The position numbers and the translations under genes were made by a program. Source: Octopus vulgaris (Eukaryota). Taken from it: DNA of 64,000 nt. The stretch lies in the NCBI GenBank assembly GCA_951406725.2, contig OX597822.1, positions 54,126,001 to 54,190,000 on the forward strand. Reading direction: 5' to 3'. The notes under the pieces are model-generated. The model ran no database searches. It was not told the DNA's origin and worked only from the letters and a program-made list of their open reading frames with translations. Numbering within the stretch: position 1 is the first letter of the stretch; each line of letters opens with the position of its first letter. Below, one piece after another: positions 31,211 through 43,879 of the stretch.

Positions 31211-31700
31211 ATATATATGTATATGTATGTATATGTATATATAGATATATATATATATGTATATGTATGTATATGTATGTATATGTATATATATGTATGT
31301 ATGTATGTATATATATGTATATATATGTATGTATGTATATGTATGTATATGTATATATATGTATATATATGTATATATATGTATATATATGTATGTATGT
31401 ATATGTATATATATGTATGTATATGTATATATATGTATGTATATGTATATATATGTATGTATATGTATATATATATATATGTATGTATATGTATATATAT
31501 ATATATGTATGTATATGTATATATATATATATGTATGTATATGTATATATATATATATGTATGTATATGTAAATATATATATGTATGTATATGTAAATAT
31601 ATATATGTATGTATATGTAAATATATATATGTATATATATGTATGTATATGTATGTATATGTATGTATATGTATGTATATGTATATATATGAATGTATGT
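28948..31700. repeat. Compound (TA)n/TATG satellite array with embedded element termini
   Basis: Same unit and polarity as 25597-27884, interrupted at 30252-30388, 30930-31002 and 31080-31145. Confidence 0.95.
30252..30388 (-). mobile_element. Family C (RTE-tail) 3' fragment
   Basis: Reverse complement of TAGGAAGGGCATCCAGCTGTAG...GGACGTTAAACGACGATGATG. Confidence 0.85.
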
Positions 31701-31701
31701 A

Positions 31702-32942
31702 CGAGGGACGTTCAATAAGTAATGCCCCTGACACACTTGCAGTTGATTGATCTTGCTGAAATTTTGCAAGTGCAATTATTCTCATCTCTATAGATTACGT
31801 GGCGAATTACAGCTCTGAACTAATTGTGGTTTCTGATTTCCAGGTGTTTGAACTTAGTCAAGTGTGAAATGGAGCCTTTAGAGTGTCGAGCAGTGATCCG
31901 TTTTTTGTATTTGAAAGGACGCACACGATGGGAGACTTTTGATGAAATGAAAGTAACTTATGGTGATGATGCCCCATCATATGACCTTGTAAAATGCTGG
32001 CATCATGAATTCAAACATGGTCGGAACTCTGTGGAAAAGGCTCCCAGATCTGGTCGCCCCCTTCTGCCATTGATGAGACATCTGTCCGTCAAGTTGAGGC
32101 TGCCATTTTGGAAGATTGGCGCATAACTATTTGCCAAATAGCCCATTAGGTCAAGATTAGTACCGGTTCTGTGGAAACTATCATTCATGACCCTTTGCAT
32201 ATGCAAAGGTTGTCTTCCAGATGGATTCCCAGGTTGTTCACACCTTTTCAGAAGCAAGAACGCGTCGAGTGCTCGAGGATGAATTTGGAGATGTGCCAAG
32301 AAGATGAGTCAAAGTTTTCCAAAAGACTGATTGCACAGGATGAAATCTGGGTCCATCACTATGATCCAGAGACCAAAGCCCAGTCAATGCAAGGGAAGCA
32401 CCGTGACTCACCTCCTCCAAAGAAGGCAAGGGTGCAGCCCTCCGCTGGCAAGGACATACACACAGTCTTCTGGGACCAGGATGGAGTAGTGATGACAGAT
32501 TTCCTGGCAAAGTGTACCACAATTACAGGAGCCTATTATGCTTCATTTTTGAGGAAATTAAGAGAAGTTATCAAAATCAAGAGGCGGGGCAAGATCAGCA
32601 AAGGCATCTTCCTTCTGCAGGACAACGCTCCGGTCCACAACTCGCGTGTCGCCAGATCTTGACCTTGCACCCTCTGATTTTCACCTCTTCCCAGCCATGA
32701 AGTTGTTTTTGAAAGGAAAACATTTCCCAGGTGATGCAGCCTTGATTTCTGAAGTTACGTCGTGGTTGGAGGACCAAGCTGGGGTCTTCTACAAAACGGT
32801 CTTCAGAGCTGCATCAAACGATGGGAGAAATGCGTAACTTTGGGTGCTTTCTATGTAGGAAAAGACTAATAACTGTGCCAAGTTTCGTACCTCTACTGCT
32901 ATGGGAAGTGGGTCAGAAGCATTACTTATTGAATGCCCCTCG
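31702..32942 (+). mobile_element. Mariner (DD34D-type) transposon, both ends present, transposase defective
   Basis: TA TSDs (31700-01, 32943-44); TIRs CGAGGGACGTTCAATAAGTAATGC and GCATTACTTATTGAATGCCCCTCG; motifs WIPRL, QDEIWVHHYDPET, LQDNAP and DLAPSDFHLF. It has frameshifts and a deletion before the third Asp. Confidence 0.95.
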
Positions 32943-33002
32943 TATATGTATATATATATATGTATGTATATGTATGCATATGTATATATATGTATATATA
33001 TG

Positions 33003-33044
<42 letters not shown>

Positions 33045-33058
33045 TATTTTATAGAAGG

Positions 33059-33109
33059 AGCTTCTACAGGACTAGAACTGTTTCATTCAAATGAAATCAT
33101 CAGGAAGCT
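33059..33109 (-). ncRNA. Identical hammerhead motif on the opposite strand (palindrome arm)
   Basis: Exact reverse complement of 33135-33185, within the palindrome 33043-33201. Confidence 0.78.
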
Positions 33110-33134
33110 TTGTGTCAAGAATTTCTTGACACAA

Positions 33135-33185
33135 AGCTTCCTGATGATTTCATTTGAATGAAACAGTTCTAGTCCTGTAGAAGCT
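33135..33185 (+). ncRNA. Type I hammerhead ribozyme motif
   Basis: Stem I AGCTTC/GAAGCT; CTGATGA at 33141-47; stem II TTC-ATTT-GAA; GAAA at 33160-63; stem III CAG/CTG; GTA cleavage triplet at 33177-79. Confidence 0.8.
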
Positions 33186-33267
33186 CCTTCTATAAAATAA
33201 ATTAATTTAATCTGCTATGTATTGAGTACCTTATTTACTGTGCTTAACCCCGACTCAACCCGGGACC

Positions 33268-33305
<38 letters not shown>

Positions 33306-33414
33306 TTTAAAGTGAGGGTGAGAAATTTGATATTAATTTAATTAACATCAATTTCACACCAGTGGTCTAGCATATAAAATTCTGAAGGTTCAGTAAAATT
33401 GTATTATATACATA

Positions 33415-33451
<37 letters not shown>

Positions 33452-33464
33452 CATACATATGTAT

Positions 33465-33513
33465 ATATCCGATGAAGGGATATATATAATATCCCAGAAA
33501 CAGCTGTAAGATC
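33465..33513 (+). ncRNA. Minimal hammerhead-like motif with palindromic stem III
   Basis: CCGATGA-A-GGGATAT-ATATA-ATATCCC-A-GAAA-CAGCTG-TA. The core has a U4C change and stem I is weak. Confidence 0.55.
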
Positions 33514-33919
33514 TTCTCTTTATATATGTTCTGAAATCTTCTTGACACCATTACCTCTCATAACCTATGTATATACATATGTATATATCTAAATCTACAT
33601 CTGTATATATGAACTATACAAAAGAATGCTACTTTGAAAAATTATTGATATATATTATAAGACGCATGAGGTGGAAAGTATTTTTCTTTGACCAAGCTGC
33701 ACCACTCTTGGACAAAGACCACTTTAACATCAGGTCTAGAAGATTCTCACCCAAGATCAAAGAACTCGAAGCTTTCGAAGTAGACCTACTGGTTATTATA
33801 CCAAACCTTAAGTTCCCTAAGTCCTCATCCACTTTTCAATGTAGACTTAGATCCGATATACACCTCCTTAAGAATACAGATAGAACCCTACTATTTTCAG
33901 ATAAGACAAATAACCTTTA

Positions 33920-35781
33920 CTAACACTATGACCCGGTGTTGCGTGTACACATACATGCGAGTACTGTCCAAATCTCCGACCAATCTCATACAGCTAGCTG
34001 GCATTCAATTGGCGTATCAAGTTTCGGGCATTTTGATTGGGTTTTGGATAGAAAATTCACAAAAAAGTCACTTCTATTGATTTTTAATGGCTTTGTGGGG
34101 TGACTGAGGAAATGTAAAGATGTGCACGACCACCCTTGGATGGTTTTGAATGACCATAGAAAGTGTGAGCCCTCTAACTGAAAAATTGTGAATTTGTATA
34201 AAGGACTCACACGCAGACATTTTGCCGTTTATATATATAGACTAGCAGTATCGCCCGGCGTTGCTCGGGTTTGTAAGGGAAATAACTATATAAGCATTTT
34301 TAGAGAGTTATAGCCAAAAAATAGGAAAAAGATGCATTAAAAATGGAAAAAAAATTAAGGTAAATTTCTTTTTAAATCGTTGACACATCGTAGATATTTT
34401 TAGAGAGTTACTTCCCTTATATAATAGCGAAAAAAATGCATTAAAATGGAAAAATATGATGGTAAATTTTTAAAATCGTAGACTCATCGTAGACGCGCGC
34501 TAATACCCAGAAGGGCTCGATATGACTCACGACTATAAGATACCCGGTTTTGGTTACAATGCACCGCAAAATGTGGGAGTAGTTAGGAATCTAAATCGGA
34601 GGAGACAGACACACAACTTCACTCATCATCATCATCATCATCATCGTTTAGCGTCCGTTTTCCATGCTAGCATGGGTTGGACTCTTATATATAAAGATAT
34701 AAGTCACGTAGTTATATACACATACTTTGTTATATACACATTCTTAAAAGAAAATGTTATTTTGAATACAACATTTATAAAGAATAAAATACTTTTTGGT
34801 TTTTCTTAACCCTTTCATTACTATATTTCTGACCAAAATACACCCCTTATGTGTTTCAATTAATTTCTAACGTAATCATAAATTTAGTCTGGTTTCATTA
34901 AACAACAATAACTTTTTTATTTATCAATATATTAACGTGAATTTTGGAAGATAATTTAATGAAATGTCCTCAACCAATTCTATACTATAATTTTTGTCAC
35001 AAAGTGACTCTAATTGCAGGTAGATACAGGTAAATTCAACAATATATAAAATTATTAAAATTTTGTTCAAACATCGCTATAGAAAATGGGTTATTAGCTA
35101 ATATTCAATTGGGTATACAACACAATTTTACGATAGAATTTGTTATTCTGGGTAACTTTCTGATACCCATAATAATATTTATGGCAAAATAGGCCTTAAT
35201 TTTAAGGTTGTGGGAAATAACAAACTATCCTTTCTTTTGTTTTGTTTACGTTTAGCGTAACGTTTCGTTTCTGCTGTAATGATTTCAAATGGGCTCATTC
35301 GAAAAAGTAAATAGAAATAGTCTAAGGCTTTACTCTTCTGGGAAAGTCTGTAGCTTGGTGCAGTTTCTTCAGAAAAATCACCGAAAGAAACAGTTTTTAA
35401 ATTTTCACTCCATTCAGGTACCAATTCGTTTTCTTTATCGCTGTCGGATTCACTGTTTTCACTTTAATAGCTGCAAACTTGCAAAGACAAAGGAGGAGAA
35501 GAGTGATAGCGTCAGTGAAACAATTCGCTCCCTTTGTGTGTGTGTGCGTTTGCGTGTGGTGTAAACCACATTAAGAAAAACATTTGACATACACACCAGA
35601 ATGTGAGTTTTCTGTAAATTTTGCTTAATTGGAGTTTAAATTTTAAAAACTGGACCTGGCATGACCCGATGCATTCTACTCTTAAAAATGCTAGGTAAAT
35701 TGTAATTGAAGAAATCCTATATTGTAGATTTCTATAAGTTACAAAGGGAGGCAGATAAAATCTGCCTTTTATAATAAGAGA
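33920..35781 (-). mobile_element. Composite non-autonomous Helitron insertion
   Basis: Removing it restores CTT TA|T AAG (L-Y-K) with an A|T target and no TSD. The minus strand starts TC at 35781 and ends in a hairpin plus TTAG at 33920. Internal modules at 33920-34241 and 34242-34697 (hairpin + CTAG). Confidence 0.75.
34810..35520 (-). pseudogene. piggyBac-like fragment (one end plus a transposase piece)
   Basis: TTAA|CCCTTT end at 34806-34815. The minus strand gives DYFYLLF...IITAETKRYA...PTT and, in a shifted frame, KAYFAINIIMGI (PGBD-like). Confidence 0.7.
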
Positions 35782-37854
35782 TAAGATAGATAATGATCAC
35801 TACAACAGGCTCTTAGAGAATAACATCACACAAAAATATCGATGGGCCACACCACATACCTATGATAACATCAATAACGAGGCAAAACGAATAGCCACCA
35901 ACCTGGACATTGCCGACAGGGTAGAAATACCAGCTAAACGTAATGCCTTTATAACTATCAAGGATCACAAACTGAACTTCACCTCCAATCCTAAATGCTG
36001 CCTGATAACCGTGCCAAGTCCGAAATCGGACTGGTGAGTAATCACATCCTAGGAAGGGTTAATAAAGACATAAGGAAAATATTTAATTTCTCTTTATGGC
36101 ATAACCCAATCAAGGTGTTACATTGGTTTGAGACCAAATGAAACACTTTTAGAGCTAAGTTCATACAATTCGATATAGTGGACTTTTATCCATCGATATC
36201 GAAAATGTTACTTGACAGGGTAGTTGTATATGCCAGATGAATTACTGACGTAAGTGATAGAGAAATGGATGTAATTATGCGCACTAGGAAAACACTACTG
36301 TTCAACCAGGATTCAACCTGGGTCAAACAACCTGATCCTGAAGGCTCCTTCGATGTCACAATTGGAACATATGACAGCACTGATATTCGTGACCTTATAG
36401 GGTTTTACATTCTGGAGACCCTGGGTAATAAATTCCCCTCTGCCCACTTTGGCTTGTATAGAGATGATGCCATAGCCATCTCCAGAGGCGCTAATGGCCA
36501 TACTTTAGATAGGCTTAGAAAAGACATAATTACACACCCTCAACAACCTTGGCCTTAAAATCACCATAGAGACTAACCTCACTGTGGCGAACTTCTTGGA
36601 TGTCACGCTTGATTTAGACAGTGGCACCTATAGACCATACCGCAAACCAAATGATAGGCTATCCTACATTAATACAGCCTCATGCCACCGACCCATAGTG
36701 TTCAAAAACCTAATAAAAGGTATCAGTAAACGGATTTCAATCTTATCTTCAAATAATGATATTTTTGATGCAGCAGCTCCCACTTACAGTGGGGTGCTAG
36801 CAGCCAGTGGGTTCAAGGACCATATAGTATATACACCAGGATTGAGTAACCATAAAAGGAAATGCCACCGCAATACCTTATGGTTTGCTCCTCCACTTCT
36901 CCCTAAATGTCCGGACATGCATAGGTAAGATTTTTCTTAGGTTGGTTGATAAGCATTTCACGTGATCGCACAAATATAGAAAGGTCTTTAACAGACATAT
37001 TTTAAGAATCTCTTTCAGTTGTGCACCCAATATTAAGAGAAAATTACTTAGCATCCGTAAACCACAGACAGTGGCAGGTTGTTCATGCAGGATTAGAAAT
37101 GAGTGCCCAGTCGTCAGCCAATGTAACACCAAGGCTACAGTGTACCAAGCAAAGGTAGCCTCAAATAGAAGCAGCACAAAAATCAATAACATCAATGCCA
37201 ACACAGGGACACACACTAAATTTTATGTCGGATCTTGTGAATCCAAATTTAAAAATTTGCCTGAACAACCACAGGGTCCCAGAGAGACACAACATAACAC
37301 TTGCAGCATATATATGGCACCTAAAGGATTAACTTTAACATCAGGTGGAAATTACTGGAAACTTGTGGACCCTATTGCTATAGAACAGGACTATGTAAAT
37401 TGTGTATGACAGAAAGATATATCATCCTTATGAACTCACATGAGCCAGGAGGCTACCTGAACTCCAGGACGGAAGCCGTGGGGAGTTGTCCACATTTTCA
37501 GAAATTTTTACTTCAAAATTGGAAAACCTAGCTATAAAGCAAAGGAAGACAACTTGCCTGGCCATAATTTTTTTTAAGAGGACTATTTCTTGAACTATCA
37601 CCAGCGTTCTTGTGTTTAAAAAAAAAACATTCTATGCAGAGAACAGCTATTGTTTAGAGAAACTGAAGAGATATCTCATTCACACCAGATATGAAACCAA
37701 TGGCTTTTTTCTAAACTGTTACGCTACACATACATTGAATGATACGTTGTACTTGAAAAGACTCGTCAAATTAAGTGGAATTGTAGTCATGGCCAATGCC
37801 AGTGTCATGTTACTGGTACATAAATAGCACTGTTTAAACATTGGGCATCTGTCA

Positions 37855-37885
<31 letters not shown>

Positions 37886-38426
37886 CCCTTCTTTCTCCAT
37901 TTCTTTCTCTCGTTGCTCACATATGACCATTGTCCATCTTTCTTTTCTTCATGTGATCATCTTTCTTTTCTTTCAGGACTGTCCTAAGAACTGAACATAT
38001 CTTATCTCTCTCTTCTATCTTTTCTCTCTTGTCAAAGAAAATATTTCTCCAGTATTCGCTATTTTACCTTTGTTCTGGTCCAATGACCCTCCATGTTTGT
38101 TTTTGTTTGGTTTCCTTGTATGTCTCCACTGTCCTGTTTTTGTTCCCAACTTTGATGCTCCATAAATCCCAAATTTTATTTTGGTACTTATAGGACCAAC
38201 TGTCTTCGAAGACTCATTTTGTCATTCATTCCTCGAAATAAGGAGTAGACAAATAGCTGACAACTGATGAAGGGTCGTTCTTTATGTTACTTGTCCTGTT
38301 TTCCATTTGTTTCTCTTGTCTATATATTGAAGTCAGTTGTTTACGTATCTCATGTTGTTTACTGTTGGTGACGTCCTATACCCATATATGCATATGTATG
38401 CATATATATGTGTACATATATGTATG

Positions 38427-38499
<73 letters not shown>

Positions 38500-38547
38500 A
38501 TATATATTTATATTATTATTTGATTGAATGCCACTCATACACTTCAA

Positions 38548-38595
<48 letters not shown>

Positions 38596-38597
38596 CA

Positions 38598-38965
38598 GTG
38601 AAGGCACATGACTCAGTGGTTAGAGCATCAAGCTTACAATCATGAGGTTGTGAGTTTGATTCCCAGACTAGGCTGCATCTTGTGTTCTTGAGGAAGACAC
38701 CTTATTTTATGTAGTTTCAGTTCACTCAGCTGTAGAAATGAATTGCAACGTCATTGGTGCCAGTCTGTATCAGCCTTTGCTTTTCCCTTGGATAACATTG
38801 GGGGTATGGAGAGGGGAGGCTGGTATGCATGAGCGATTGCTGATCCTCCATAAAAAACAACCCTAGGTTGTGCATTTGCCAGTGAAGCAACTTTCTGCCC
38901 AGACTTGTACCCCGGAGGGGAACCTCTTAGGTGCACCCATGGTCATTCGTGTCCGATGGAGTTAA
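38598..38965 (+). mobile_element. tRNA-derived CORE-SINE (family D)
   Basis: TGACTCAGTGG A box, GAGTTTGATTCC B box and TTGTGTTCTTGAGGAAGACAC...TCACTCAGCTGTAGAAATG CORE-like domain. Confidence 0.75.
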
Positions 38966-39001
38966 GTTTTTATATATACATACATATGTGTGTGTGTGTA
39001 T

Positions 39002-39063
<62 letters not shown>

Positions 39064-40118
39064 GTATGTATGAAGTTTAAGTCATTTGAAGTATTCCCAT
39101 AAGACGATTAGAAATGAAAGGAAAAACTTGAGCTTGAGATGGCCATTTTTGCATGTGCCACTCGCAAAGTTTTTCTATTTATAAAAAGAAGAGAGAACAT
39201 AACAATAAGCATTTCCTTCATAACTTTCATATAATATTTAAAAATATATTCAGACAATAAATAATTCAAGGGAAAACTAGCTCAGATTACCAGCTGAATG
39301 ATCAGATGTAACTTAGAATACTGGAATTTAATTATATAATTATGGATTTAATGATTTTTTTATTGCTAATGAAACAGCTGTTAAACTACTTAGGAAATTT
39401 ATGCTTTTCTGCATTTTATTCTATATCTATTTGTATATCTATTGGGCTTCTATTATAATTCCATTCAAATGTAGGGCAACAATGTATAGGAAATTTAAAT
39501 CGATTCCTGTTACGTCACTACTACTTTATTTCATTCATCTCTAGGAGAATGAAAGTCAAATGCTGGCTTTCGCAGGATTTGAACTCTGAAAGTAAACAGT
39601 CATAACTAAATGTTGCAGGCATTTAAGGACACTTTAACAATTCTGCCAATCCATTCCATATTTCATTTATACTACAACAGTGGCTCTCAACATTTTGTAG
39701 CTCTGTACCCCCTTTCATTGTATGGTGTTTTACACCCCCACTTCTTGTGCTTTGCAAAATGAATAATGTCACCCTGTGGTTTATTAATCATAATATTTTC
39801 GACTGTTATAGATTGGTGCAGGCATGGCTATGTGGTTAAGAAGTCCACTTCCCAACTAATTGGTCTTAGGTACAGTCCCACTGCATGGACCTTAAGCAAG
39901 TGTCTTCTATTATAGCTCCAGGTTGACCAAAGCCTTGTGAGTGAATTTAGTAGACAAAAACTGGAATGAGCCTGTCGTGTGTGTGTGTAACTTTTATATC
40001 TTGTGGTTTTGTGAGTTGTTCTTCATTCTTGTAAGGTTGAACTTAGTTTATGGGGATTTTGTTGTTTGTAGAATTCTTGGTAGTCCTTCGGTGTTTGGTG
40101 ATGACAGATCTGTGTTCT

Positions 40119-40465
40119 CAGTGATGAGAGTGCATGTGACCCTAGAGTCCAAAGCTGGAAGCATACAGGCACCCATAGGTGTTACAATGATAGTCTGTTG
40201 TTTGGATTAAGGTGGACGCTATTCTGTGACGGCTGTTTCTTGCAACAGCAAGCCCCTGTTGCTGGTTCTCTTCAAAGGCAGCTGCTGCTTGTGAGGTGAG
40301 AGACTGTCATGTTGATCTATCTACTGCAGAGGCTTCAAGTTCACATGAACTAATGCCATTCCATTTGAGGTTGCTTTTCAGGTTGTCCTTATACCCCAGT
40401 TTAGGCCTTCCTTGTTTGTGTGAGCCCTGCATGAGCTTGCTGTACAACAGCTGTCTGGGCATATA
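40119..40465 (-). pseudogene. RTE-BovB-like LINE C-terminal fragment
   Basis: MPRQLLYSKLMQGSHKQGRPKLGYKDNLK...AVDRST*...FEE...C...SSFGL*GHMHSH. Confidence 0.8.
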
Positions 40466-41579
40466 TGTTGTATTACATCTATTGATACTGTGTGTTTGTC
40501 TTCATTAGTAGGCTAGTTGTAGCTAGGATAATACTTAAATGTTTCTAGTTTTGGGAGGTTTTGTGACCTATAATATATATATATGACAGGCTTGTTTCAT
40601 TTGATGCTAACATGCCGGCTACAAACTTCTCTCACAAGGCTTTGGTCATGTGTGTGTGTATGTGTGTGTGTGTGTGTGTGTGAACATAGATGTGTCTGGC
40701 CAGGGGTAATATTATCTTGCTTGGAAACAGATAAGTTTTGGTGACAGGAAGGGCATCAAGCTGTAAAAAAATCCAGCTGAACAAATTCCATCTGATCTGA
40801 TCAAGACCTGGAAAAGTGTTTTGTTATATCACTATGGAAATTACTACTGCAGGTGACAACTTGTGTCAGTGAGTCTATGTTGGACTTTGAAGTGTAATCA
40901 GTCTACTTTTGCTCTTTGATAATACAATGTCCAACTTATATTTTAATTTTGATAGATTCATCATCATCATAATGCCCATTTCTCCGTGCTGGAATGGATT
41001 GAACTGTTTGATTGGATCCAACAATCTGCAGGGTTACATTGGGCTCCAATGCCGGTTTTGGCATAGTTGTTAATGGCTGGATGCCCTTCTTAATGCCACC
41101 TACTTTACAGTATGTACCTGGTACAATTTTTCATGGCACTAGTGAGGTCACCAAGTAACTTACTGGAAAAAAGAAAAGAAAGGGGAAAACCCTCTCGACT
41201 GAGTGGAGTTTAGCTGAGAGAGTGGGAGATGGCTTTATACCAGGTGTTGAAGACTAAATTATGAGAGAAGGACTATCACAGATGTCTTGCTATAGAACTT
41301 CATATAATGTAGTTACCCCACATTATATGAGGCTGGATGATAGTAGCTGGATAGGAGGTAAGATGGTTGTAATGGGGTGCCAGTGTAGTCTCAGAGTACA
41401 AGAATGTGAGTTTAAGGGAGAATACAAACAATGGATCATGAAGAAGTGGAGAAGAAAGGGTGGGTAATTCATAATTGTGTGAGGCAAGTAACAGATGATT
41501 AGTGATGGGAGTAGAGATGGATCTAGTGAGAGATGGACATTGATGGAGGTGTGGAAGTTATTTTTGAAAATGTCTTTAA

Positions 41580-41787
41580 CCTGTTAATGTTTAAACTGGC
41601 CATATCTGGCCATAATATTCTACCTGTTTTATGTTCAAACCAGTCAGATCTGGCCTCTTATACCTACCTTACAATGTCATTCTAAAAAGAAACAATCACA
41701 TCATTGAAGTCATGAAGCTATGAGATAATGCTTGTTTAAGTCAAAACAAAGCAATACATTTGACAGATTAATCTGAACGCTAAAGTG
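41580..41787. mobile_element. piggyBac-type MITE (diverged copy)
   Basis: Homologous to 55991-56175, with TTAA at the left and TTAT at the right. Confidence 0.65.
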
Positions 41788-43352
41788 TTATAATATATGC
41801 ATTGGACTTGGTTTGAATATTTTTATTTCAAAGAAAACCATGCCCCACTCCACTAAACACTCAATTCCCATTTGACGTTTGTTGCTCTTTATGAACTCAT
41901 ACTGCTCCCTAGGGGCCACTACTGACCATGTTAAACTGCTCCCTCCTCTACTCCCATGTACTAAAATTTATATCAAACCATATGTAAAGAGAGTGTCAGG
42001 TAAATTACACCCCATCTCTTTTTTCTTCTGATAAAATTTGAACCTAGAAACATGTGGCATCAAGCCAGATGATAGTAAACATCTAAACCATATTTCTTTA
42101 GTAGTACACATTGTATAAAGTAACCGAAAATATGAAAACTGAGATTTTTACAAGAGCTATTCTCTTGGTACTTCATCTGGTATTTCCCCATGAGTATTAA
42201 CAATGTAATTTGAGAGAAATAATACATTTCTTATTTAGGGTACAATAGCTCAATGCTGCAGAATTTGTTTTGGAAAGAAGTGGGACAGACTTGTGTAATG
42301 TTCATGCTTTTCTCATGGGCATTAGTGATGCGTGCATATACACTAGGTTGTCTCTGATGAAGAATTAAACAGGGTTTCTAATCTTGGCACATCAGGATCT
42401 CACTTCTTGCTACTAAGTTATGATTTCTTATATATAAGACATACATGCTATGATACCTCATATATAAGACACATGTGCTTCTTTCTGTTTCTGTATACCA
42501 AATCCACTCACAAGGTTTTGGTTGGCCTGAGGCTCTTGTAAAAGATATATGGCCAAAGTACTGGGCAGTGGAACTAAATCCAAACCATATCGTTAGGAGG
42601 CAAGTCTCTTAACTACACATGCATGCATGCATGCACACATACATGCACATATACACACATGCATGTAGTGGATAGGTTTGAGGTCTGCTGTATCATCTTT
42701 ACCTATTCCTGCTGCTTAGTTTATTAACCTAATGAGAAATGGTCATTTATAAGATGGATTCAGACTAATATTGGATTTATGCAATAAATTTTGATAAAAT
42801 TTTTGTTTTTAATCATGATTTTGGTTTGAAATTTCAGTTGCATAAAATTTAGATTTTATTTTTTTTTTGTTTTTGCACTATCCAAGATTCATTGTTGGTG
42901 GATGTGGGCTAGGGGAATAAAATTTTGAAATTTAAAGGTAAAAACTATATGTGAAAGTAAGCAGTGGTTGTGTCAGTAATACCAAAAAAAGAAAAATGAG
43001 AAAAAAGAAATTTAGGTAGTATGTAGAGAAGCAAGTGCTTCTAAGTTCTACTACAGCCTTGTGAATAGATTTGTGAGATGGAAACTGAAAGGATGTATGT
43101 GTATGTATATATTGTTCCAATGTTTTAGGTCAGGCATTTGTTTGAAGAATTTGAACTGGTAAAATATTTAGATTATCTTATTGATTTAAATTAAAATTGC
43201 AGTTTTCCTTTTACTTAATTTCATTTCATGTTTGAACTGGAATTATAGTTTTTAAAATTAGTTTAGTTTTCTGTTTTATCTGGGTATTGTGCTATGTGAG
43301 ATCATTTGTATTCAGTCACATTTTGTTTGAAAATTTAAACATAAACATAGCT

Positions 43353-43690
43353 GCAGGCATGGCTGTGTGGTAAGAAGTTTGGTTTCCAATCACATGGTTC
43401 TGGGCTCAATCTCACTGCATTGCACCTTGGGCAAGTGTCTTCTACTATAGCCTCAGGCCAACCAAAGCCTTGTTAGAAGATTTGATAGAAACCGGTTGTA
43501 TTTATGTGTTTTTTCCTACACCGCTTGACAACTGATGTTGGTTGTTTACGTGCCCACAATGTAGCACTTTGGTAAAAGAGACTGATAGAATAATTATCAG
43601 GGGGTTGATTCATTTGACTAAAGATTCTTCAAGGTGGTGCCCCAGCATGACTGCAGTCTAATGACTGAAACAAGTAAAAGATAAAAGATA
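43353..43690 (+). mobile_element. SINE family A, CpG-decayed
   Basis: Head, CORE-like motif and (GATAAAA)n tail. Confidence 0.85.
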
Positions 43691-43879
43691 AACCAAAAAG
43701 AGTCTCTAATATAGTTACTCAATTTGCTAGAAATAGCAGTAAAAATCCTCATTGAATTTTAAATAAGGAAGGATATATTAGACTTGTTTGAGATCAACTA
43801 TATCTAAATTCAAAAGACAGGATGGTCATGACTGCTATATCTGGGCAGACATAGAATGGTTAAACAATACAAATTAACA

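Larger units (their letters stand above)
33620..37531 (+). mobile_element. Penelope-like retroelement (RT + GIY-YIG), decayed, split by an insertion at 33920-35781
   Basis: RRMRWK...DKTNNLY|KIDNDHYNRLLENNIT, AFITIKDHK, QFDIVDFYPSI, GLYRDD, NFLDVTLDL, YRKPND, CSCR..CP...C, VYQA...FYVGSCE, CKLCMTE, LNSRTE...CPH. Several frameshifts. Confidence 0.92.

Noticed and set aside
42239-42346. Possible exon after TTTCTTATTTAG
   Set aside because: The open frames give no recognisable protein and the donor is weak.
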